64,000 nucleotides of DNA from Collinsella sp. (GTDB taxonomy: Bacteria; Actinomycetota; Coriobacteriia; Coriobacteriales; Coriobacteriaceae), in contig DBFBEA010000094.1 in the NCBI GenBank assembly GCA_048248475.1, positions 12,471 to 76,470 on the forward strand, in the 5' to 3' direction. Below the pieces are notes generated by a model. The model did not search any database. It had not been told where the DNA came from and saw only the letters and a program-made list of their open reading frames with translations. Positions 1 to 9,291 of this stretch are shown one piece after another; position 1 is the first letter of the stretch; each line of letters opens with the position of its first letter. The position numbers and the translations under genes were made by a program.

Positions 1-976
1 TCACCTTCCACTGCAAGCGCGTCGGCGCATCAACACGCGGCACGTCCAACAGCACCAGGCGCTCAAAGCGAGAATCGCTCACGCGAGCCACATGCAAGTC
101 GTAACTGTTGCGACCCCGCTCTGCGCGATTGTCAACATGGAAGTAGCTTGCGCGAATGCCCAGGTACGCCACGTCATCGGGAACCTCGCGACCTACGTTA
201 AAGGTCATGCCCCAGTCGAGGGCCTCAACTTCTTCGTCGCCGATCTTGCGCGCCCGGCTTGTGTTCTTGCAGCCCGTCAGGCGCAGTGCCGCCAGCGTCT
301 GCGGACGGCGGACCACGTCCTCGACGGAGCCGATCTCCTCCACATGCCCGTCGTGCATCACGCAGATGCGCTGGCACAGGCGGCACGCTTCGTCGATGTC
401 GTGGCTCACGTAGAGCACGGTGCGGTTGCATACATCGAACAGGTCGAGCATGTTCTGTTCGAGGGCACTCTTAAGATAGGAATCGAGCGCGCTCATGGGC
501 TCGTCGAACATAAAAATGCCCGGATGCGCCGCCACCATACGGGCAAGCGCCACGCGTTGCTGCTGCCCGCCCGAGAGGCGCGCGGGGTAGCGGTCGGCAA
601 AATCGGCCAGGCCGAAAATGCCCAGATAGCGCTCCGCCAACCTTTTGCGCGCCGCGGCGTCTCCCGCGCCCTTTACACCGGCGCATACGTTATCGGCCAC
701 CGTCATGTTGGGAAACAGCTGATAGTTTTGGAACAACAGGGCGCATTTTCGCTCCTGGGGCGACAGGTTGATGCCCGCCGCCGAGTCAAAAAAGGTCACG
801 CCGTTGACGACGATTTTGCCCTCGTCGGGCGTCTCCACACCGGCAATGCAGCGCAGCGTGCAACTCTTGCCGCAACCCGAGGCACCCAGCAGCGCCACGC
901 GCTCCTCGCCGGCCTCAAGCTGCATGTCAAGCACAAACCCGAGATAACGTTTCTTAATATCCAAAACGAGCGACAT
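1..976 (-). CDS. modC: Molybdate ABC transporter ATP-binding subunit (3' end runs off the window)
   Basis: Manual translation from ATG at 976 gives MSLVLDIKKRYLGFVLDMQLEAGEERVALLGASGCGKS (Walker A). It lies directly after modB, and no stop is reached before the window edge. Confidence 0.85.
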   Translation of the reverse strand, partial: MSLVLDIKKRYLGFVLDMQLEAGEERVALLGASGCGKSCTLRCIAGVETPDEGKIVVNGVTFFDSAAGINLSPQERKCALLFQNYQLFPNMTVADNVCAGVKGAGDAAARKRLAERYLGIFGLADFADRYPARLSGGQQQRVALARMVAAHPGIFMFDEPMSALDSYLKSALEQNMLDLFDVCNRTVLYVSHDIDEACRLCQRICVMHDGHVEEIGSVEDVVRRPQTLAALRLTGCKNTSRARKIGDEEVEALDWGMTFNVGREVPDDVAYLGIRASYFHVDNRAERGRNSYDLHVARVSDSRFERLVLLDVPRVDAPTRLQWKV

Positions 977-979
977 AGC

Positions 980-2404
980 CTATCGACCTCCCTGCGGCAC
1001 TGTATCATCGCGCATGAGCTCAGCCAATGCCTCGCGATCGATACGCAGAGCATCGCCGCCCGCCGGATCGAGCGAATCGCCCTGACCGGCGAGCTCTTTG
1101 GCCTGCTTGCGCTCCGCACGGGAAAGACCACGCTCGCGGTACTTTTGCGAATGTGCCGTGTACATGTTGATGAATAGGATGACCAGGAAGCTGAACGCAA
1201 TTACGACCACGACCCAAAAGAGGGCCACCGACGTGTTGCCGCCCATCCACTCAAAGTAGATGGCGATGGGAATGGTCTGCGTAATGCCGGCGTAGTTGCC
1301 CGCAAAGAACAGGGTGCAGCCAAACTCGCCCATGGCGCGGGCAAAGGCGAGCACCGTGCCGGCGGCAATCGAGGGCCAGCCGAGCGGCATCATAAGCTTG
1401 GTAAAGATTCGACGCTCGGACCAGCCCAGGGTTCGCGCGGCATCGAGCATCTGCGTGTCGAGGCTCTCGAAGGCGCCGAGCGCCGTACGATAGACGAGCG
1501 GGAACGACACCACCACGGCAGAGATCACCGCCGCGGGCCACGTAAAGACAATCGAGATGCCGTGCGCAATGAGCCACTGGCCCACCCCGGTCGAGCGGCC
1601 AAACAGCATGAGGAGCAGAAAGCCGCAGACCGTGGGCGGCAGCACCATAGGAATCGTAAAGACCGAATCGAGCAAACCCTTCACGCGGCTCGAGGTACCC
1701 ATAGTCTTCCACGCGGCGAACAGGCCCAGTGCAAAGGAGATCAGCAGGGCAAGGCCACTCGTTTTAATGGACACCCAAAACGGTCGGTAGTCGATGCCGC
1801 CCAATAAGGAGGCCAGAGAGATCAAGGGCCCCCGCTCATCCCGCAACACGACAGACGAAGCTTCTACCATGTGAGCGCTATCAAGCCAACGCGCGCCGCC
1901 CTTGGCATCACCCGAGGCGGATGCAATCACCACATAGCGGTCCCCATCCGCACCGCGCTCGTCAAAGCCATAGGTATACCCGCCGGCATCAAACGTTGTT
2001 TCCGCCGTGACATACCAAGGAAGATCCACGTCCCCTAGTTGCGCACCCCCCATGCGGTTTGCGCTGTCGAGCTTACAGACGAGGGCCTTGAGCCCCGATA
2101 CGCACTCGTTGTCCTGCGGATCGAATCCATACTTCTCGACCGCCTTGGGCGATATCCACACAACAACGCGATCGGCAGCAGGCGCCACCACAAGGTCCAC
2201 GTCCTCGTCAACGGGAAACCGGTAGCCCTCAGGCTGGCCCTCCATGGCACGAGCGGTCCCCTTGGCCAGCCGCTCAAAACCCTCGATCCCATAGGAAAGC
2301 CCATGAGCGGTCGCAGCAACCTGGGCCCCGTCCTCAGCGTCCCCAGCAAACGCAAATCCCGGCACCCAGCAAAGCGCGAAGGTCAAAGCACAGGCGACAA
2401 GCAT
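980..2404 (-). CDS. modB: Molybdate ABC permease with an extra N-terminal domain of about 200 aa
   Basis: C-terminal half has ModB motifs (PMVLPPTVCGF, DAARTLG EAA loop, FARAMGEFG, TQTIPIAIY). Start placed at MLVACALTF; the ORF track extends to 2491. Confidence 0.85.
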   Translation of the reverse strand: MLVACALTFALCWVPGFAFAGDAEDGAQVAATAHGLSYGIEGFERLAKGTARAMEGQPEGYRFPVDEDVDLVVAPAADRVVVWISPKAVEKYGFDPQDNECVSGLKALVCKLDSANRMGGAQLGDVDLPWYVTAETTFDAGGYTYGFDERGADGDRYVVIASASGDAKGGARWLDSAHMVEASSVVLRDERGPLISLASLLGGIDYRPFWVSIKTSGLALLISFALGLFAAWKTMGTSSRVKGLLDSVFTIPMVLPPTVCGFLLLMLFGRSTGVGQWLIAHGISIVFTWPAAVISAVVVSFPLVYRTALGAFESLDTQMLDAARTLGWSERRIFTKLMMPLGWPSIAAGTVLAFARAMGEFGCTLFFAGNYAGITQTIPIAIYFEWMGGNTSVALFWVVVVIAFSFLVILFINMYTAHSQKYRERGLSRAERKQAKELAGQGDSLDPAGGDALRIDREALAELMRDDTVPQGGR

Positions 2405-2490
2405 GCGGAATCTATTAAGCACGAAAAGCTCCAAGCGAATACAAGGACGGAGAGAAACACAAAACGATGGAATTATCGCGCCAAGCCGCA

Positions 2491-3366
2491 CTACGCGGAA
2501 AGCTCAAAGCCGTACTTGGCCCAAATCTTCTGAGCCTTCTTGTTGGTCAGGCAAAAGTCGATAAACGCCTTGGCCTCGTCGGCGTGCTCGGAGCTCTCGG
2601 CAACGGCACCCGGATACACGATGGGCTTGTGCGAATCCTCGGGACACACGAAGGCCTCCTCGATGCCGTCGTAGCGGAAGATATCGGAGCTGTAGACAAA
2701 GCCTGCCACGCAGTCGCCCGTGGACACATAGGCGGCGGCGGTACCAACTTTGTCGGCCAGGGCCACCTTGTCTGCGATCTCGGGAGCATACTCGCCATCG
2801 TCGCCCTCGGTACCGGTGTAGAGGCCCACGGAGGCCAGGGCCTGGTTGGCGTACTTGCCAGCGGGAACGGTCTTGGCGTCGCCGATGGCGATCTTGCCGT
2901 CCAGATTCGCGACGTCGGCGATGGCCTCGACCTTGGTGTCGGAGCCCTCGGCGCGAATGATCACGAGGTCGTTGACGAACATATCCTCACGGGTGTCGGT
3001 ACCGACGAGCTTGGCGGTCTCGGCATCATCCATGGTGCCCTTGGAAGCGGTGATGAGCACGTCGACCGTGGCGCCGGCACGCATCTGCTCGACAAGGTCG
3101 CCGGACGCTTTGAACTGCGTGTCGGCGAAGGTGGTGCCGGTCTGGTCGGTGTAGAGCTCCTGGACCTCGGGAAGGGCCTTCTCGAGGGAGTTAGCGGCAA
3201 AGACCTGCAGCTCGACGGTTTCCTTCTTGGAAGAGGCCTTGGCGGAGCCGGCATCGGATCCGGCCGGCTCGGACGTCTTGCTGCCCGAGCAGCCAGCAAG
3301 ACCAAGGCCGGCAGCGGCGACAGCAGAAAGCGAGACAAAACCGCGGCGAGAAACCAAATCGAACAT
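2491..3366 (-). CDS. modA: Molybdate ABC substrate-binding lipoprotein
   Basis: Motifs VFAANSL, ASGDL and VPAGKYA. Twin-arginine-like SRRGF and lipobox LAGC. RBS GAAAGGG upstream. Confidence 0.9.
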   Translation of the reverse strand: MFDLVSRRGFVSLSAVAAAGLGLAGCSGSKTSEPAGSDAGSAKASSKKETVELQVFAANSLEKALPEVQELYTDQTGTTFADTQFKASGDLVEQMRAGATVDVLITASKGTMDDAETAKLVGTDTREDMFVNDLVIIRAEGSDTKVEAIADVANLDGKIAIGDAKTVPAGKYANQALASVGLYTGTEGDDGEYAPEIADKVALADKVGTAAAYVSTGDCVAGFVYSSDIFRYDGIEEAFVCPEDSHKPIVYPGAVAESSEHADEAKAFIDFCLTNKKAQKIWAKYGFELSA

Positions 3367-3426
3367 ATTCAACCCTTTCGGACCTTATGCCCGGGCACCC
3401 CACCGCGGGCTTTAATCTGCAATCAG

Positions 3427-3470
3427 ATTATACTTCTGCGCGAATAATGATAGTGAGAAATTATTCTCGC
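3427..3470 (-). promoter_or_regulatory. Putative modA promoter with an overlapping AT-rich dyad
   Basis: TATAAT on the minus strand at 3427-3432. Near-palindrome GAGAAATTATTCTC at 3455-3468 lies next to the expected -35. Confidence 0.5.
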
Positions 3471-3518
3471 CAGAGAATATAGTTTCGAGTTAGCGTACAC
3501 CTCGGCGTCGCTTCGGCG

Positions 3519-3556
3519 GAAAACAAAGGCGGAGCAGCCCGTAAGGTCGCTCCGCC
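3519..3556 (-). terminator. Intrinsic terminator after mog
   Basis: GGCGGAGC...GCTCCGCC stem followed by a T-rich tract on the minus strand. Confidence 0.7.
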
Positions 3557-3569
3557 GCAGGTAGTGCGC

Positions 3570-4049
3570 TTATTTGGCGTGTCCGCCGCCCGCCGTCATC
3601 TGGGCCGCATGTTCCAGCTGGTCCGCTATGGCCTCCCAGCTTTCGCGGGCGGCCTTCGTGGAACCGGGAAAGTTTACGACAAGTGTATGACCTCGTTGCA
3701 TGCAAATAGCGCGCGAGAGCATGGCGCGGCGCGTCTTGGTCATGGAGTATGCGCGAATCGCCTCTGCAATACCCGGCACATCGCGGTCGCAGACGGCACG
3801 CGTCGCCTCGGGCGTCACATCGCGCATCGAAAGCCCCGTACCGCCGCAGGTGAGCACGACGTTGGCGTGGCACTCATCGGCGGCTTCCACAACGGCATCA
3901 CCAATCTCGCTGACGTCGTCGCGCACGACCACATGTGAGGCGACCGTCCAGCCCTGTGCCTCGATAAGCTCCTCGAGCGCGGCTCCAGCCTCGTCCTGGG
4001 CAAGGTCGCGCGTGTCCGAGCACGTCACGATCGAAATCTTCAACTCCAT
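3570..4049 (-). CDS. mog: MogA/MoaB-family molybdopterin adenylyltransferase
   Basis: Motifs TCGGTGLSMRDVTPEAT, AMLSR and NFPGS. Confidence 0.88.
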   Translation of the reverse strand: MELKISIVTCSDTRDLAQDEAGAALEELIEAQGWTVASHVVVRDDVSEIGDAVVEAADECHANVVLTCGGTGLSMRDVTPEATRAVCDRDVPGIAEAIRAYSMTKTRRAMLSRAICMQRGHTLVVNFPGSTKAARESWEAIADQLEHAAQMTAGGGHAK

Positions 4050-4059
4050 AGCGATCCTC

Positions 4060-5322
4060 CTATAGCACCGTTCCCTCGGGCAGGTCGACACGCACGACAT
4101 CCACGACGTCGCCCGCCTTGAGCTCGCACGGTCCTTCGTCAATACGCAGCAGGCAGTTGGCCCGCTGCATCGTGCCAAGCAGCGCCGAATTCTGCGTCTT
4201 GGCCTCGGTCACCAACAGCTCACCGGTCTCTGGGTCGCGCAAAACCGTGGCGCGATCGAAGAAGCGTCGGTCCTGGCGCTTTTTCACACCGTGGGTAAGA
4301 GCCGCTCGCTGCACGGGACGCGCCCCCTCGGCAAAACCACGCATCTTGCGAATCGCCGGGCGGGCGAGCATCTCAAAGCCCACATACGCCGCCGCGGGAT
4401 TGCCCGAAAGCCCCAGATACGGCTTACCCCCGAGCAAGCCAAACGTGATGGCCTTGCCCGGACGCATCGAGATGCGATCGAACAGCACCTCGCCCTCGCG
4501 CTGGACCAGCGCCGTCACGTAGTCGTAATCGCCCGCCGAGGCGCCACCGCTCGTAATGACAAAATCGCACTCCTGCATGGCACGATGCACCAGCTCGGCA
4601 ATCGCCTGCTCATCATCGGGCGCAATGCCGTAGAACACGGGCTCGGCGCCGGCATCGAGTGCTTCGGCCATCAACGCCGACGAGTTGGAGTCGCGAATCT
4701 GCCCGCGCGCCGGCACGTTGCTTGGTGCGACCAGTTCCGTGCCCAGCGAGATGATGCCCACACGCGGGGCAGCGTGCACCTTCACGCTCGCGTATCCGGC
4801 GCTTGCCAGCAAACCCGCGCCCGCCGGAGCCACGACCTCGCCGGCGTGCATCACAACATCGCCGGCATGGGCCTCCTCGGCAGCAGAGCGAACGTTCTCC
4901 CCCACCTTTGCCGGCGCCGAGAACCTCACACGCGAGCCCTCGTTGCCGTCGCCATCGAGCACCTCGACGATCTCGTATTTCACTACGGCATCGGCACCTT
5001 CGGGTACCGGCGCGCCCGTCATAATGCGAACCGCCTCTCCCGCGCCGACCACGCCCTCAAAGACATGGCCCGCCGCCTCGTGTCCGATAACGTCGAGCGT
5101 CACCGGTGCCTCGTCAGATGCCTGCGCCAAGTCCGCCGCGCGCACGGCATACCCGTCCATGGCGCTGTTAGCAAACGGCGAAATGTCGATATCGGCCACA
5201 GCATCCTCGGCCAAGGGAAAACCAGCCGCCTGCCACACGGGAATCTCTACGAGATTGGTCGGAGCAACGTGCGACAGAACAATCGACTGCGCGTCCTCCA
5301 GCGGAATGAGTTTCTCTGCCAT
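4060..5322 (-). CDS. moeA: Molybdopterin molybdotransferase
   Basis: Motifs SAMDGYAVR, RIMTGAPVP, TSGGASAGDYD, MRPGK and LSGNP. Confidence 0.95.
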   Translation of the reverse strand: MAEKLIPLEDAQSIVLSHVAPTNLVEIPVWQAAGFPLAEDAVADIDISPFANSAMDGYAVRAADLAQASDEAPVTLDVIGHEAAGHVFEGVVGAGEAVRIMTGAPVPEGADAVVKYEIVEVLDGDGNEGSRVRFSAPAKVGENVRSAAEEAHAGDVVMHAGEVVAPAGAGLLASAGYASVKVHAAPRVGIISLGTELVAPSNVPARGQIRDSNSSALMAEALDAGAEPVFYGIAPDDEQAIAELVHRAMQECDFVITSGGASAGDYDYVTALVQREGEVLFDRISMRPGKAITFGLLGGKPYLGLSGNPAAAYVGFEMLARPAIRKMRGFAEGARPVQRAALTHGVKKRQDRRFFDRATVLRDPETGELLVTEAKTQNSALLGTMQRANCLLRIDEGPCELKAGDVVDVVRVDLPEGTVL

Positions 5323-5532
5323 ATGCACCTCTTAATGCCACGGCGCACAACAGGAGCGCCGATTCTTTATGCTTGTCTCAGTATAATCCCCCGACGCGCG
5401 ACCGCGATTTGGCCTGTACCCGCAAATACACCTGTCGGCCGCAAGCCGCGAAACAGAATGGAAACCAACCCACCGGCTCGTCGCGCTTGCCGCGTTTTAT
5501 AATGCTTGCGTTGCAACCTAAAAGAGGAATAT

Positions 5533-6954
5533 ATGGCTCATAACAACAAACCCGAAAGCGCAAACGAAGCGCAGGATCATTCCCAGCCGCTCGACGATGG
5601 CGGCTTTTTCTCCCTTAGCGACGTCATCATGGCCGGCAGGCGTCAACTCACCCGCTCCGAGCAGCTCTTGGCCGCCGACACACGCCGCAACGCCCGCAAC
5701 CTGTTTGCAAGCGCCAAACTGCTCGCGCTCGTCGTCATCGTCTCGCTCGCCATGGGTGTTGCCGCTTGGGCATTTTTGGCCTCGCTGAATATCGCGACCG
5801 ATTATCGCGAGCACCACGTGTGGATTTACGCGTTGCTTCCCGTTGTGGGCGTTGCCACCGCATGGGTGTACAAAAACCACGGCCTTGCCGCCAAACGAGG
5901 TAACAACCTGGTCATCGACTCCGCCCTGGGCACACGCCTTATCCATATGCGCATGGCCGTCCTCACCTTCGTCTGCTCCACGCTCACGCACCTCACCGGC
6001 GGATCGGCCGGTCGCGAGGGGGCTGCGGTGCAGATTGGCGGCACTATCGCCAGTAACATCTCGAGCCTCGCCCACCTCAAAAAGCATGACCACCACGACC
6101 TCATGCTCGCCGGCATCTCGTCGGCCTTTGGCGCCGTATTCGGTTCGCCCCTTGCCGGCGCGTTCTTTGGCATGGAGATGTGCTTTATCGGCAAGATCGA
6201 CTACACCGCAGGTATCTACTGCCTGGTCGCCTCGTTTACCGGCTACTTTACATCACTCGCCCTGGGTACCGAGTACGAAGCGAATGTCATCGCCAGCGTT
6301 CCCGCTATGACGCCCTCAACGGTCGTCATCGTTGTTATCAGCGCCATTATCTTCGGTCTGACGGCACGCCTCTTTGCCTGGTCGGTTCGAACCGTCAAAA
6401 ACCTGTACGGCCGCTTTATCACCAACTACCTTGCTCGCGCACTCGTGGGCGCGCTCGTGGTGCTCGCGGCATACGCGATGCTCGACGCCTGGAAGTATGC
6501 CGGCCTTGCCACCTGGCTCTCGGGCGTCGGGTTCGCCGGTACCACGACCCTTGCTGACGCAGCCATCAAGCTCGTGGTGACGGCGCTCACCCTGGGCGCG
6601 GGCTTCCAAGGCGGCGAGGTCACACCCCTGTTTGGCATCGGTGCAGCGCTCGGCGGCTGGATCGGTTGCCTCGTCGGAATCGACCCCAGCTTTCTGGCGG
6701 CGCTGGGCATGCTCGGTGTGTTCTGCGCCGGACTTAACGTGCCCATCACCACCTGCATGATGGCCATCGACCTGTTCCACGGCACGGCCGCCGGGTTCTT
6801 TGTCATCGTGGCCTTTATCAGCTACCTAACCGGCGGACACCGCGGCGTGTACCCCGCCCAGCGTATCATCTCACCCAAGCGCCGTTCGCTTATTGTGGAT
6901 GAGGGCGGTACAGTAGCGGATGCTATCGAGCGCCACAACGACCTGATAGAGTAG
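5533..6954 (+). CDS. CLC-family anion/H+ antiporter of the CLC-F (fluoride exporter) type
   Basis: GNNLV, GREGAA and GGEVTP match the CLC-F signature motifs. RBS AGAGGA upstream. Confidence 0.85.
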   Translation: MAHNNKPESANEAQDHSQPLDDGGFFSLSDVIMAGRRQLTRSEQLLAADTRRNARNLFASAKLLALVVIVSLAMGVAAWAFLASLNIATDYREHHVWIYALLPVVGVATAWVYKNHGLAAKRGNNLVIDSALGTRLIHMRMAVLTFVCSTLTHLTGGSAGREGAAVQIGGTIASNISSLAHLKKHDHHDLMLAGISSAFGAVFGSPLAGAFFGMEMCFIGKIDYTAGIYCLVASFTGYFTSLALGTEYEANVIASVPAMTPSTVVIVVISAIIFGLTARLFAWSVRTVKNLYGRFITNYLARALVGALVVLAAYAMLDAWKYAGLATWLSGVGFAGTTTLADAAIKLVVTALTLGAGFQGGEVTPLFGIGAALGGWIGCLVGIDPSFLAALGMLGVFCAGLNVPITTCMMAIDLFHGTAAGFFVIVAFISYLTGGHRGVYPAQRIISPKRRSLIVDEGGTVADAIERHNDLIE

Positions 6955-7041
6955 ACGTTAGTATTCGCTGTGCAGCCACAATCGGGGGCAATTCGACCTG
7001 AGCGCGACCGCACCGTCACGTCATACGCCAGGAGTCGCCCC

Positions 7042-8004
7042 ATGCACGCAACTGATTTTGGTCGCACGCTCATCATCGCCAACCCTGCCGCCCAGTCGGG
7101 TGCGGCGCGCGAGGTCGCTGAGCGCCTGCAGCGCTTTTTGGACATGACCGCGCGCTCATCCCAGTTTGACCTGGTGCTGACCGAGCGCATGGGACATGCC
7201 AAGGAACTTGCCGCACGGGCCCAGGGCTACCGCACGGTTATCGCACTCGGCGGCGACGGCGTGATCCACGAGGTCATCAATGGCTTGATGGCGAAAGAAG
7301 AGGCGGTCCGTCCCGCCCTTGCCGTCCTACCCGTAGGCTCCGGCAACGATTTTGCCCAAACGCTCGGTATCGACGATTTCTCCGGCAAGGATTTTGGCGC
7401 GCTGCTCACCTGCGAGCTACAGCACCAGGATATCGGACGCATTCGCTCATGGAACCCCGCAAACGGCAGCGGCGAGGCGACCGTTGAGTACTACGACCAA
7501 ACGCTTTCGGTCGGCATCGATGCCGCCATCGGCCTGGGCACCACCGAGCTGCGAAAAAAGACCGGCTTGACGGGCGCTCCGCTCTACACCCTCTCGGGAC
7601 TTGAGCAGTTTGGTCTGCGCTACCGCAACTACCCCATGACCATTAGCTTTGATGGCGCGCCAGCCGAGCGCGTGCGCGCGATTATCATGGCGATTCAGCT
7701 GGGCCCCACCTATGGTTCGGGCTATCGCATCTGTCCCGACGCCAACCCGTGCGACGGCATCCTCGACGTTTGCTACGCCTGCGGCCCCGTCCCCCGTGCG
7801 GTCGCCCTGCCTATGTTCCTTTCGGCAAAGGACGGCCACCATACCAAGCTGCCGCCGGTTCGCATGCGTCGTTGCCGTCATGCCGAGCTCACGTTCGAGG
7901 AGCCCGACTACCCCATTCAGGCCGACGGCGAGCCCATCGTCGCCTCACGCATCGAGGTGGACATCCTCCCCGCCGTCCTCGAGGTCTGGCACCCAACCCG
8001 CTAA
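7042..8004 (+). CDS. Diacylglycerol/lipid kinase family protein (YegS/DAGK)
   Basis: Motifs IANPAA, GGDGVIHEV, PVGSGNDFA and QADGE. Confidence 0.9.
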   Translation: MHATDFGRTLIIANPAAQSGAAREVAERLQRFLDMTARSSQFDLVLTERMGHAKELAARAQGYRTVIALGGDGVIHEVINGLMAKEEAVRPALAVLPVGSGNDFAQTLGIDDFSGKDFGALLTCELQHQDIGRIRSWNPANGSGEATVEYYDQTLSVGIDAAIGLGTTELRKKTGLTGAPLYTLSGLEQFGLRYRNYPMTISFDGAPAERVRAIIMAIQLGPTYGSGYRICPDANPCDGILDVCYACGPVPRAVALPMFLSAKDGHHTKLPPVRMRRCRHAELTFEEPDYPIQADGEPIVASRIEVDILPAVLEVWHPTR

Positions 8005-8014
8005 CCCCACCTAA

Positions 8015-8079
8015 GTTGCGGTGAAATAGGGACTGTTTATGCATCTAAAGCCGCAAAACAATCCCTATTTCACCGCAAC
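8015..8079. repeat. 65-bp palindromic dispersed repeat, copy 1
   Basis: GTTGCGGTGAAATA...TATTTCACCGCAAC. Same length and termini as 16723-16787 and 28960-29024. Confidence 0.9.
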
Positions 8080-8091
8080 ATATTGAGAAGA

Positions 8092-8472
8092 TCATTCCTC
8101 CCCGCCCGGCTTGCGACGGTTGGCCTTTTTAATCGCGTTGAAGTGCTTGTCATTGAGCCTGCGCTGGCGCGATCGCTGTGGCACCTTGGTCTTAACGCGA
8201 CGCCGCGGCGGACGGCCACGACGCTCAAGCTCTGCCCTCAGCTTACGCAGACAGCAGCTGCGATTCTGAAACTGACTACGGCTCTCGCGCGCCGTCACGA
8301 CAATCCCCGTGGGCCCATGCTTCATGCGTACCGCCGAGTCCGTCGTGTTCACGCCCTGTCCGCCCGGACCCGTCGCGCGAAACACCTGCACCTCGCAATC
8401 GCGTGCCAACTCCTCGACCGACATCTCTGCATAGCGCGCATACTCGCGCCATCCCATCTTGTTCTCGTCCAT
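8092..8472 (-). CDS. arfB: GGQ-domain peptidyl-tRNA hydrolase, ArfB-like ribosome rescue factor
   Basis: [11 protein letters not shown] motif, RSQFQN and a highly basic C-terminal tail. Confidence 0.8.
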   Translation of the reverse strand: MDENKMGWREYARYAEMSVEELARDCEVQVFRATGPGGQGVNTTDSAVRMKHGPTGIVVTARESRSQFQNRSCCLRKLRAELERRGRPPRRRVKTKVPQRSRQRRLNDKHFNAIKKANRRKPGGEE

Positions 8473-8497
8473 ATCAACACCTCCCCTCATACAAAAA

Positions 8498-8528
8498 ATG
8501 TGACAAAGGGACAGTCCCTTTGTCACAT
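8498..8528. repeat. Perfect 31-bp palindrome (REP-like or terminator)
   Basis: ATGTGACAAAGGGAC-A-GTCCCTTTGTCACAT between xpt and arfB. Confidence 0.8.
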
Positions 8529-8555
8529 CGCATACCAATCGCTTGTGTTGCGCGC

Positions 8556-9134
8556 CTAGGCGAAGGTGATCTCACCGTTCTCGCAGTCCATTTCGGCGAT
8601 ACGGGCCAGGCTCTCAACGCGGAAGCCGCGCTCGCGGAGCTTATCGCCACCGCCCTGGAAGCCCTTCTCAACCGCAATGCCGATGCCGGCAACCTCGGCG
8701 CCCGCAGCCTCGCAGATCTTAATAAGGCCCTCGAGCGCGCAACCGTTGGCCAAAAAGTCGTCGATAATCAGGACCTTATCACCCTCGGACAGGAAGCGCT
8801 TGCCAACGATAACCGGGTACTCCTTCTGCTTGGTAAAGGAATAGATGGTCGTGGCATACTGCTCGCCGTCGAGGTTGATGGACTGCGCCTTCTTGGCAAA
8901 GACCACCGGCACGCCGCCAAAATGCTGAGCCGCGATGCAAGCCATGCCAATGCCCGAAGCCTCAATCGTCAGGATCTTGTTGATCTCGACACCCTCGAAC
9001 AGTCGGGCCCACTCGGCGCCCATGTGGTCGAACAGCTCAACGTCGCATTGGTGGTTGAGGAAGGCATCAACCTTAAGGACGTTACCGGCCTTTACGATGC
9101 CGTCATGGCGAATACGATCCTCAAGCTCCTGCAT
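8556..9134 (-). CDS. xpt: Xanthine phosphoribosyltransferase
   Basis: Motifs [17 protein letters not shown] and [11 protein letters not shown] (PRPP-binding). Confidence 0.93.
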   Translation of the reverse strand: MQELEDRIRHDGIVKAGNVLKVDAFLNHQCDVELFDHMGAEWARLFEGVEINKILTIEASGIGMACIAAQHFGGVPVVFAKKAQSINLDGEQYATTIYSFTKQKEYPVIVGKRFLSEGDKVLIIDDFLANGCALEGLIKICEAAGAEVAGIGIAVEKGFQGGGDKLRERGFRVESLARIAEMDCENGEITFA

Positions 9135-9291
9135 GGCGCAACCCCTTCTCGCGGCAACGATACCGCGCAATTAATAAACGTTGTTCGATAGTCTACCACG
9201 GACCGACCCCCGCCCGTCCCACAAGCCGCATCGCACCACAAACCAGTCTTTTTGGGACGGCGCGAATCGTGGCAGACAGCCTCCCAACACG

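Noticed and set aside
8015..8079. Integron attC or CRISPR-repeat interpretation of the GTT...AAC 65-bp elements
   Set aside because: The ends are the reverse of the attC RYYYAAC...GTTRRRY arrangement. The copies are dispersed among housekeeping genes, with no integron integrase or array.
9135..9290. Purine riboswitch upstream of xpt
   Set aside because: No purine aptamer consensus is seen, and a -10-like TAGACT lies close to the start.
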